From Terriglobia bacterium (GTDB lineage: Bacteria > Acidobacteriota > Terriglobia > 2-12-FULL-54-10), in assembly GCA_965222345.1 (NCBI GenBank), contig CBDCTS010000007.1, forward strand, positions 114,760 through 178,759: a stretch of DNA of 64,000 bases, read 5' to 3'. Both the position numbers and the translations under genes were made by a program. The stretch's first letter is position 1, and each line of letters begins with the position of its first letter. Below, one piece after another: positions 56,276-64,000 of this stretch. Under the pieces are notes generated by a model. It did no database searches. It saw nothing but the letters and a program-made list of their open reading frames with translations, and was not told where the DNA came from.

Positions 56276-58213
56276 TCACTTCTTCTGATCTTCATCTACA
56301 TCCACGAATTCCGCGTCAATCACCTCGTCTCCTTTGGGTGAACCGTCCTTGCCGGTTGCGTCATCAGCTGTGCCAGAAGGAGGCTCGGCACCCGGGCCCG
56401 GCGCGCTGCTGGCCTGCTGGTACATGGCTTCGGCCAGTTCGTGGGTGGCTTTGGTCAGATGCTCCACTGCCTGGTTGATCTCATCCGTTTTGCCTGCGTT
56501 CATGGCCTGTTTGGTGTGTTCGATGGCCGATTCGATCTCCTGCACCTTTTCCGGTGAGATTTTCTCGCGGTTCTCGCTCAGCAGCTTCTCCGTGTTGTAC
56601 AGTAACGAGTCAGCGCGGTTTCTGGCTTCCACCTCTTCGCGCTTCAGGCGGTCTTCCTCGGCGTGGGACTGGCCTTCCGATTGCATGCGCTGTACTTCTT
56701 CATTGCTGAGGCCGCTGGAGGCGGTAATAGTAATGTCCTGTTGCTTGCCGGTTCCCATATCTTTCGCCATTACGTGGACAATGCCGTTGGCGTCAATGTC
56801 AAAGGTGACCTCAACCTGCGGCAGCCCACGCGGCGCGGACGGGATTCCCAGCAGTTGGAACTTGCCGAGGGTCCGGTTATCACGGGCCATGGCGCGCTCG
56901 CCCTGGAGCACATGAATCTCCACCGAGGTCTGGTTGTCGGCCGCCGTGGAGAAAATTTCTTTCTTCCGGGTGGGGATGGTGGTGTTGCGTTCAATCAGTC
57001 CCGTCCGAACCCCTCCCAGAGTCTCGATGCCGAGCGTGAGCGGAGTCACATCAAGAAGCAGCAGGTCCTTCACTTCGCCACCTAACACTCCGGCCTGAAT
57101 GGCAGCGCCCACAGCCACCACTTCATCCGGGTTTACTCCCTTGTGAGGTTCCTTGCCGAACAGCTCGTGAACCATTTGCTGTACTCGCGGGATGCGCGTG
57201 GACCCGCCGACCAGGACCACCTCGTCGATCTCCGACGGCTCCAAGTTGGCGTCTTTTAACGCTTGTCGGCAAGGACCCACAGACCGCTGCAGGATGTCCT
57301 CCACCAACTGCTCGAACTTGGAACGGCTCAGCCGCAGGCTCAAGTGCTTCGGACCGCTTGCGTCGGCCGTGATGAAGGGCAGGTTGATGTCTGTTTCTGC
57401 GACCGAGGAGAGCTCCATCTTGGCCTTCTCCGCCCCTTCCTTGAGACGTTGCAAGGCCATCTTGTCCTTCGAGAGATCAATGCCCTGGTCCTTCTTGAAT
57501 TCTTCGACAATCCACTCGATGATCCGGTGGTCGAGATTGTCACCTCCGAGGTGCGTATCGCCGTTGGTGGCTTTCACCTCTACCACACCTTCCCCTACCT
57601 CTAGAATCGAAATGTCGAAGGTGCCGCCGCCGAAATCGTAGACCGCGATTGTCTCGTCCTTCTTCTTGTCCAAACCGTAGGCCAGCGCCGCCGCCGTCGG
57701 CTCATTCACAATACGCAACACTTCCAGTCCGGCAATCGCCCCCGCGTCTTTGGTAGCCTGCCGCTGGCTGTCGTTGAAATAAGCGGGAACGGTAATTACC
57801 GCCTGTTTGATCTTCTCACCCAGATAATCCTCGGCGGACTGCTTCATTTTCTGCAGGACCATGGCAGAAATCTCCGGAGGGGGCATGCCCTTCTTGCCGT
57901 CTTCCACCAGAACGCGCACGTCTCCGTTGGGTGCCTGTGAAACCCGGTAGGGCACCATCTTCATCTCTTCAGAAACTTCCCGATATTGGCGGCCCATGAA
58001 TCGCTTGATGGAATATATGGTATTCTCAGGATTGGTGATCGCTTGGCGCTTGGCGACCTGCCCGACCAGCCGTTCGCCGCTCTTGGCGAATCCGACAACG
58101 GAAGGCGTGGTTCGGGTCCCCTCGGAGTTGGAGATCACTTTTGCTTCACCGCCTTCCATCGCGGCCACCACGGAATTCGTGGTTCCGAGGTCTATACCGA
58201 TAATCTTTGCCAT
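56276..58213 (-). CDS. dnaK: Molecular chaperone DnaK
   Basis: [22 protein letters not shown] and [10 protein letters not shown] signatures. Confidence 0.95.
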   Translation of the reverse strand: MAKIIGIDLGTTNSVVAAMEGGEAKVISNSEGTRTTPSVVGFAKSGERLVGQVAKRQAITNPENTIYSIKRFMGRQYREVSEEMKMVPYRVSQAPNGDVRVLVEDGKKGMPPPEISAMVLQKMKQSAEDYLGEKIKQAVITVPAYFNDSQRQATKDAGAIAGLEVLRIVNEPTAAALAYGLDKKKDETIAVYDFGGGTFDISILEVGEGVVEVKATNGDTHLGGDNLDHRIIEWIVEEFKKDQGIDLSKDKMALQRLKEGAEKAKMELSSVAETDINLPFITADASGPKHLSLRLSRSKFEQLVEDILQRSVGPCRQALKDANLEPSEIDEVVLVGGSTRIPRVQQMVHELFGKEPHKGVNPDEVVAVGAAIQAGVLGGEVKDLLLLDVTPLTLGIETLGGVRTGLIERNTTIPTRKKEIFSTAADNQTSVEIHVLQGERAMARDNRTLGKFQLLGIPSAPRGLPQVEVTFDIDANGIVHVMAKDMGTGKQQDITITASSGLSNEEVQRMQSEGQSHAEEDRLKREEVEARNRADSLLYNTEKLLSENREKISPEKVQEIESAIEHTKQAMNAGKTDEINQAVEHLTKATHELAEAMYQQASSAPGPGAEPPSGTADDATGKDGSPKGDEVIDAEFVDVDEDQKK

Positions 58214-58322
58214 GTTGCCGATCCTCCTCATTCTGTGTGGCAGACCGCAATTCGGGAAACAATTGCAGCAGATGCCTGGCCTTTGGACCCTGGTTGGACT
58301 TTAGTCATTTACTAATATATAT

Positions 58323-58343
58323 ATTGAGTGTGAACTTGTCAAG
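58323..58343 (-). promoter_or_regulatory. HAIR-like HspR operator overlapping a TTGACA-17-TATATT promoter upstream of dnaK
   Basis: The minus strand reads CTTGACA-AGTTCAC-ACTCAAT, against the HAIR consensus CTTGAGT-N7-ACTCAAG (11 of 14 matches). The left half-site contains the -35 hexamer. Confidence 0.6.
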
Positions 58344-58377
58344 TTTTCCGCGAATCCTTTGTACAATTCCACCATAA

Positions 58378-59157
58378 TTGGCTATCTCATTGAAACGGTT
58401 AAGAAATCAAATATTCGCGCAGTTGCTGCTCACTATTTCCGCGCTCATTTCCACCGGCTGTAACAGTGAAAATAGTGAGGAAAGCCACGCGCTTTTGGTT
58501 GCCGCTGCTGCCAATTTGTCGAGAGCCAGCGGACCTCTCGGGACGGCTTTTGAGCGCTCCAGTGGCGCCACAATTACTTTCAGTTTTGGTTCTTCCCGAC
58601 AACTGGAGCAGCAGATTCGCCAGGGTGCTCCTTTCGACGTATATATTCCGGCTGCGCGCCTCTTTAGCCAATCCCTGGAGCGGGATGGATTCGTGGAGGG
58701 GCAGGCAAAACACTTCGCTGTAGGACGCCTGACAGCTTGGTCTCGGCTGCTCAAAGTGGAGTCGTTGGAGGAATTACGTGAGGAGCGAATCAGGCGCGTT
58801 GCCGTTGCCAATCCACGTTTCGCGCCCTATGGATTGGCGGCGCAAGAAGCTTTGCAGGCGTCCGGATTATGGCAGGCGCTCCAGCCCAAATTAGTTTACG
58901 GCGAAAGTGTGTTGCATACCTTTCAGATGGCGGAGACGGGCAATGCGGAGGTAGCTCTGGTTGCGCTGGCTTTGGTGCAGGACGCCGGCCACCCTTATCT
59001 TCTGATCGACCAGAGCCTTCATCGGCCCATTGAACAGACTGCAGTTGTCCTAAAGGGATCGGAGAACAAGCCGGTTGCCAAGGCCTTCGTCGAATTCCTA
59101 TTGACGTCGGAAGCCCGGCAGATTCTTGAAAACCATGGATATGGCCTGCCCGAATGA
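58378..59157 (+). CDS. modA: Molybdate ABC transporter substrate-binding lipoprotein
   Basis: Lipobox LISTGC, LLVAAAANL..., FSFGSS and a ModA-like length. TTG start is uncertain (58378 or 58390). Confidence 0.85.
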   Translation: MAISLKRLRNQIFAQLLLTISALISTGCNSENSEESHALLVAAAANLSRASGPLGTAFERSSGATITFSFGSSRQLEQQIRQGAPFDVYIPAARLFSQSLERDGFVEGQAKHFAVGRLTAWSRLLKVESLEELREERIRRVAVANPRFAPYGLAAQEALQASGLWQALQPKLVYGESVLHTFQMAETGNAEVALVALALVQDAGHPYLLIDQSLHRPIEQTAVVLKGSENKPVAKAFVEFLLTSEARQILENHGYGLPE

Positions 59158-59280
59158 AAAACGCCATTTCCCCCTTTCTGAATTTCTGAATGGGCTATAA
59201 TTTTCCCGGAGCAGCGGCCAAGGTGAACTCACGTTTTCCGGAAGCGGCGCCACCGCGGACGCTGCCCCCTTCATCTGGAA

Positions 59281-59961
59281 ATGCCCAGCACATTTCATCA
59301 AATTGACTGGTTTCCTTTGTGGCTGTCACTGAGGGTTGCGATCCTGGCAACGGCCATCTCCTTGGGGGCAGGACTGGCGCTGGCATATGTCCTGGCCCGG
59401 TACCGTTTCCGCGGCCGGGAGGCTTTGGACTCGCTGGTGACGCTGCCTATTGTCCTTCCGCCGACGGTCCTCGGCTATTACCTGCTGGTTCTTTTGGGGC
59501 GCGATACGTTCTTAGGGCGCAGCTTTGAGGCCATTTTCGGATTCCCGCTGGTGTTCACTTGGCAGGCCGCAGTGGTTGCCGCCACTTTGCACAGCATACC
59601 CCTGCTTGTGAAGTCGGCTCGGGCGGCTCTGGAGAGCGTAGACCATAACATGGAAAACGCCGCGCGCACGCTGGGAGCCTCGGAATGGCGCATCTTCTTT
59701 CAGGTCACGCTGCCCCTGGCGCGCCGTTCCATAATGGCAGCAACGGTTTTTGCATTCGCCAGGGCGCTAGGCGATTTCGGAGTGACCATCATGATCGCCG
59801 GTAACATTCCGGGGAGGACCCAGACCATGGCCGTTGCCATTTATGATGCCGTGCAATCCGGCAACACGTTGCTGGCAAACCTGATGGTGTTGATCATCTC
59901 CGCTCTGGCAATAGGCATTCTTTACTGGACAAACCGTCTGCAGGGCGCGCGCTTGCTTTAG
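59281..59961 (+). CDS. modB: Molybdate ABC transporter permease
   Basis: 226-aa five/six-TM protein with the EAA-loop region ...ENAARTLGAS.W..F..VTLPLA. Confidence 0.88.
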   Translation: MPSTFHQIDWFPLWLSLRVAILATAISLGAGLALAYVLARYRFRGREALDSLVTLPIVLPPTVLGYYLLVLLGRDTFLGRSFEAIFGFPLVFTWQAAVVAATLHSIPLLVKSARAALESVDHNMENAARTLGASEWRIFFQVTLPLARRSIMAATVFAFARALGDFGVTIMIAGNIPGRTQTMAVAIYDAVQSGNTLLANLMVLIISALAIGILYWTNRLQGARLL

Positions 59962-60019
59962 CACGGTTCCGGCAGCAACGGCTCGCCGTGTGCCTCAGAC
60001 GGGACGACCCCGCAAGCAA

Positions 60020-61204
60020 ATGGAGCACGGATTGGCTCTGTTAGAACTGACAATTCGGAAACACCTTCCCGCAGCCGGGCCCTCTCCAGGTTTCGATCTG
60101 GATGTCAGCCTGGAGTGCGAAGCCGGCGTTACGGTCCTGTTCGGGTCGAGCGGCTCCGGCAAGAGCCTGACGCTCGATTCCCTGGCCGGGTTCCTCCGCC
60201 CGGACCACGGCCGGATTATGCTGAACGATGAAATTTTATTTGACGCCTCCAGCCGCGTTTGCCTGCCTCCGCAGCGCCGAGGCATCGGTTACGTCTTTCA
60301 GAGCTACGCGCTGTTTCCGCACATGACGGTGGAGCAGAACCTGGCGTTCGGCATCAAACGGCTGCCGGGCCTGGAGAGACATCGCCGGCTCCACGAAATG
60401 ATGGAAGTGTTTGGCCTGACGGCTTTAGCCGCACGGCGGCCCCCTGAACTCTCCGGCGGCGAGAAGCAGCGGGCCTCGATAGCGCGGGCTCTGATCGCAC
60501 AGCCCCGGCTGCTGCTGCTCGATGAGCCGGTCCGGGGTCTCGATTACCAGCTCCGCATGGACTTTTACTCCGTTCTCCGCAGCATCCGGCAGAAATATCG
60601 CATTCCGATCCTTCTGGTCACTCACGATGTGACCGAAGGGTTTGTTCTGGCCGACCGGATGGTTGTCTATCAAGCCGGGCGAATCGTTCAACGAGGAGTG
60701 CCCGACGAAGTGTTTTACCACCCGCAGAATGCTGCCGTGGCACGGTTGCTGGGAATCTCCAATATTTTCACAGGCACGGTGGAGGAGCTGGACTCGGCGG
60801 CAGACTGCTCCCGCATCCGCACCGCATTGTTTTCCGTGACGGTACCCTACCTGCCGGGGCGGCTCCGTGGCGACCGGGTCTCGTTTTGTATTCCTCACCA
60901 GCACGTCCTGCTGGCGCATACTGACGCGTCCAAAAGCACGGGGGGAGGTGAGAGAGGAGGCGAAGCGGGCGGCGAAAATCGGATTCCGGTCCGGGTGGTC
61001 GAGGAAATCTCCACGCCTACAACCGTGCGTTTGCTGCTCCGCGTGCAAACAGAAGCCGCTCCAGCAGACGGCAACCCGCCGCTTCAGATTGAGAGCGAAC
61101 TTACCCGTGTGGCCCACAAAAAGATGGGCATTGCGAAGCAAAAGGACTGGCTGGTAACCTTTCCCAAGGCATTCATCCACGTGTTTGGGGAACAGGTGGA
61201 GTAA
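60020..61204 (+). CDS. modC: Molybdate ABC transporter ATP-binding protein with C-terminal TOBE-like region
   Basis: GSSGSGKS, LSGGEKQR and LLLDEP motifs, with a C-terminal extension carrying a Gly/Glu-rich insert. Confidence 0.85.
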   Translation: MEHGLALLELTIRKHLPAAGPSPGFDLDVSLECEAGVTVLFGSSGSGKSLTLDSLAGFLRPDHGRIMLNDEILFDASSRVCLPPQRRGIGYVFQSYALFPHMTVEQNLAFGIKRLPGLERHRRLHEMMEVFGLTALAARRPPELSGGEKQRASIARALIAQPRLLLLDEPVRGLDYQLRMDFYSVLRSIRQKYRIPILLVTHDVTEGFVLADRMVVYQAGRIVQRGVPDEVFYHPQNAAVARLLGISNIFTGTVEELDSAADCSRIRTALFSVTVPYLPGRLRGDRVSFCIPHQHVLLAHTDASKSTGGGERGGEAGGENRIPVRVVEEISTPTTVRLLLRVQTEAAPADGNPPLQIESELTRVAHKKMGIAKQKDWLVTFPKAFIHVFGEQVE

Positions 61205-61450
61205 ATCAGCCTGTGGTATGGGCTGCATACCGTCAAGTTGGACTGATGGAAATCCGGCGTTACATGGAATCTGACCACGATGATGTAGGGAGCACTCAGA
61301 AGGGCCGTTTCGAGCGGCTCTTATTTGAAAAGCAGATAAAGCCTGTCTCACGTCCACATACCACAGATCACCGTTGACCCTCTATGGCCTCTCTGCCACA
61401 ATCGAAGTGGCCGGTCGCATATCCACTCCACCCGGCCAGTGAAGCACGAG

Positions 61451-62038
61451 ATGAAGATTCTTGACGAATATCTCAAGAATGCGGAGCGCGCCCACGGGCA
61501 CCTGTGCGCCGGGCAGGTGCTGGGTGTGCGCATGGCCATGCTGGGCTTGATTCGTTTGGGTATCGACGACCCGACCCAGGAGCGGAAACGCTTAGTCACC
61601 TTTGTTGAGATCGACCGTTGCGCCACCGACGCGGCGGCCTTGGTGACCGGATGCCGACTGGGCAAGCGGGCGCTGAAGTTCCGGGACTGGGGAAAGGTAA
61701 CCGCCACGTTTGTTGATCTCAAGGAGAACAAAGCCATCCGTTTGGCAGCGCAGGAGAGTTCCAAGCAGAAGGCGCGCTGCCTGTTTCCGGAGGTTGCCGA
61801 CAAAAACCAGCAGCAAATGACTGCCTATCGCCAGATGCCCGAAAAGGACCTTTTTGACGAGACCTGGGTGGATGTGGAGCTTCCACCCGAGGAGTTTCCC
61901 GGATACAAAGGCGAGCGTGAGGTCTGTGAGCAGTGCGGCGAGGGAATCAACTTCAAGCGAGAAGTGCGCCGCAACGGCCATGTGCTCTGCCAAGCATGCG
62001 ACGGCGAAGCCTATTACCGGCCAGTACAGTCGCCCTGA
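61451..62038 (+). CDS. FmdE-family protein with C-terminal Zn-ribbon
   Basis: HGHLCAGQVLGVRMA, VEIDRCATDA and C-terminal CEQCGE...CQAC. Confidence 0.8.
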   Translation: MKILDEYLKNAERAHGHLCAGQVLGVRMAMLGLIRLGIDDPTQERKRLVTFVEIDRCATDAAALVTGCRLGKRALKFRDWGKVTATFVDLKENKAIRLAAQESSKQKARCLFPEVADKNQQQMTAYRQMPEKDLFDETWVDVELPPEEFPGYKGEREVCEQCGEGINFKREVRRNGHVLCQACDGEAYYRPVQSP

Positions 62039-62067
62039 GTGAAGCGGGGAGGAAACCAGAATCCTCT

Positions 62068-62295
62068 ATGTCCCTGTCCGAACCAAGACCCTCCGATGAA
62101 TTCCTTGATGATGAACTGCTGCCGACCATCGCGCTGGTTTATGTCCCTCACGAAAGTGTCCCCAATTTCTATCAGCGCTGTTATGAGTATGTGGAACCCT
62201 GGCAATGGTCCTTGGAAGCGGAACGGGTCGAGACGGGAGATTGGGTCTTTGCGCCCGAAATAGATACTCTGGAACCACCTGGAGTGTTGCGGTAA
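62068..62295 (+). CDS. Small acidic hypothetical protein
   Basis: 75-codon ORF 30 nt after the fmdE-like gene. No RBS and no recognised family. Confidence 0.3.
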   Translation: MSLSEPRPSDEFLDDELLPTIALVYVPHESVPNFYQRCYEYVEPWQWSLEAERVETGDWVFAPEIDTLEPPGVLR

Positions 62296-62381
62296 TGGAG
62301 CGGCTCCCACGCTGGTTTTCCGAAGCGTATCCTGCCCATAGCAGGCTCTCTGATTGGCTTTGAAAGACAAATGTGACGACA

Positions 62382-63122
62382 ATGAACCTTCCAAATAAGC
62401 TTCTGACCCGCAGTTTCTGCTCTGCGGCGGTTGTGCTATGGCTGCTGGCCTGCGCTGCCTGGAGTGCAGGAGCGGAACAAGACTATCCGAGGCAACGCGA
62501 GATCATGGTGCGCGACCAGATTCGCGCGCGCGGTGTTCAGGATGAAAAAGTCCTCCGTGTGATGCGAGAAGTCCCTCGCCATCTGTTTGTGCCGACGAAT
62601 CTGCGCGGCCTGGCCTACCAAGACAAGCCGTTGCCCATTGGGAAGGGCCAGACCATCTCCCAGCCCTATATCGTTGCCTTGATGACGGAATTGTTGCAGC
62701 CGCAGCCGGGGGATGTCGTTTTGGAGATCGGGACCGGCTCCGGCTACCAGGCCGCCATCCTTTCGCGTCTGGTCCATCGGGTTTACTCGGTCGAGATTCT
62801 CAACAGTTTAGGCTTGGCGGCTGAACGTGTTCTGGAGCGGCTGGGATTCATCAATGTTCGGGTGAGAATCGGCGACGGCTACCTCGGATGGCCGGAGTAC
62901 GCTCCCTTTGACGGCATCCTGGTGACCGCAGCCCCGCCGGAGATTCCTCCCGCTCTGACTGCTCAATTGAAGCGTGGCGGGCGGATGGTGTTGCCGGTGG
63001 GAAAGACGACAAAATCCCAAAAACTGATGGTGCTTGAGAAAAGCAAGACTTCGGACCACATCACGGGACGCACCGTGATTCCCGTCCGCTTTGTTCCCAT
63101 GGTTAGAGGCAATGACCGTTGA
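62382..63122 (+). CDS. pcm: Protein-L-isoaspartate O-methyltransferase, with signal peptide
   Basis: GQTISQPYIVALMTE and VLEIGTGSGYQAAIL motifs, plus an N-terminal hydrophobic signal. Confidence 0.9.
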   Translation: MNLPNKLLTRSFCSAAVVLWLLACAAWSAGAEQDYPRQREIMVRDQIRARGVQDEKVLRVMREVPRHLFVPTNLRGLAYQDKPLPIGKGQTISQPYIVALMTELLQPQPGDVVLEIGTGSGYQAAILSRLVHRVYSVEILNSLGLAAERVLERLGFINVRVRIGDGYLGWPEYAPFDGILVTAAPPEIPPALTAQLKRGGRMVLPVGKTTKSQKLMVLEKSKTSDHITGRTVIPVRFVPMVRGNDR

Positions 63123-63603
63123 TATTTCCTTGCCGAGCCGGGGCAGGAAACCGGCCGTAGGAGCTAAATTGATCTCCTTGTGGAAAATGCTCAGCACATT
63201 TGCCAATTGTTCGGAGAGAGTGGAGCACCCGGAAGAGGGGGCGCGGGATACCGCCGCCGGGCAACCGGACTCTGATCGAGAAACTCCGCCGACGCCCATC
63301 CCAATGGAGCTGACCGACGTGATTGACCTGCACCCGTTTGCTCCTCGCGATGTAAAAGCCGTTGTGGAAGCATACCTGGAAGAGGCTCGGACCAGAGGAT
63401 TTTCCACCGTTCGCATCATCCACGGCAAAGGAGTGGGTGTGCAGCGCTCCCTGGTACGCTCCCTTCTGGCGCGGACACCCTTTGTAAGCTCCTTTGAAGA
63501 CGCCCCGATGGGGGCTGGCAGTTGGGGCGCCACGGTGGTATGGTTTTCCCATGGGCCCCGGAAAACCGCGGATCGCAAAGAGCCGGGTGGGAACTGCGGT
63601 TGA
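63112..63603 (+). CDS. Smr-domain protein
   Basis: IDLHPF...ARTRGFSTVRIIHGKGVGV is a Smr/MutS2 C-terminal domain pattern. Start is uncertain. Confidence 0.7.
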   Translation: MTVDISLPSRGRKPAVGAKLISLWKMLSTFANCSERVEHPEEGARDTAAGQPDSDRETPPTPIPMELTDVIDLHPFAPRDVKAVVEAYLEEARTRGFSTVRIIHGKGVGVQRSLVRSLLARTPFVSSFEDAPMGAGSWGATVVWFSHGPRKTADRKEPGGNCG

Positions 63604-63641
63604 TTTTGTTCAATCGGCGGATGTCGCCTTCGGGATATTCC

Positions 63642-64000
63642 ATGAAGATACCTAAAGCTAACGCAAGGCAAGCAAATCGATTGCGGGCGCACCTGTCTTT
63701 CCTGCCTGCAAAAAAAATCACTCCGTTTCTTTTGCTCTTGCTGTTCCTTGGATTTGGCTTCTCCCGCCTGCACGCGCAGTCGCCGAAGCTGGTTGTAGTT
63801 ATCGTCATCGACCAGTTGCGCTCCGACTATCTCACGCGCTTTCGCCCCCAGTTTGGGCCGGGTGGATTTAATCGTCTTTTGCGGGAAGGATCGGTCTTCA
63901 CCGATTCCCAGTATCAACACACCTCCACGAAGACCGCTCCGGGCCATACGGTCTTAGCTACCGGAGCTTACCCCCAACACAATGGGGTTGTCGGTAATGA
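63642..64000 (+). CDS. Alkaline-phosphatase-superfamily (nucleotide pyrophosphatase/phosphodiesterase-like) protein, 5-prime partial, runs off the window
   Basis: My own translation shows a signal peptide followed by VVIVIDQLRSDYL...TAPGHTVLATGAYPQHNGVVGN. It is absent from the track because there is no stop codon in the window. Confidence 0.75.
   Translation, partial: MKIPKANARQANRLRAHLSFLPAKKITPFLLLLLFLGFGFSRLHAQSPKLVVVIVIDQLRSDYLTRFRPQFGPGGFNRLLREGSVFTDSQYQHTSTKTAPGHTVLATGAYPQHNGVVGN

Overview
This 64 kb window is chromosomal DNA from a fairly GC-rich bacterium. By eye most of it is about 55-60% GC, with clearly AT-richer patches. The repeat families and gene content suggest an Acidobacteriota-like soil organism, but that is inference only.

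The backbone is housekeeping and central metabolism:
- Respiration and acyl-CoA metabolism: nuoA, acyl-CoA dehydrogenase, carboxyltransferase and biotin carrier.
- Aspartate and lysine pathway: aspartate kinase, hom, asd, dapB and a DapE/ArgE-like peptidase.
- Central carbon: the glyoxylate shunt (malate synthase plus a long ICL2-type isocitrate lyase) and class I fumarase.
- Core information and cofactor genes: tyrS, the yicC-gmk-rpoZ-coaBC-udg block, priA and an HU/IHF-like gene.
- Stress and transport: dnaK-dnaJ-hspR, modABC-fmdE, pcm.

Accessory DNA is inserted at several points in this backbone:
- Two diverged IS1380-family copies lie 50.5 kb apart in the same orientation.
- An IS1595-family element carries passenger ORFs and has a clean 8-bp target duplication.
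- An ISNCY/IS1202-like element has a 15-bp target duplication.
- Three type II toxin-antitoxin pairs are present: higBA, RHH-PIN and hicBA.
- An AT-richer 2.7 kb islet sits between udg and priA.
- There are REP-like hairpin clusters and two unusual 9-bp periodic arrays.

I found no rRNA gene, tRNA gene or CRISPR array. The most interesting items are the udg-priA islet, the higBA cassette bracketed by 99-bp direct repeats that duplicate a gene's 3-prime end, and the IS1595 passenger module.

All functional calls come from motif and family recognition on the translated ORFs. No database search was possible. Many long ORFs in the supplied track are antisense artefacts of high GC and are not reported.
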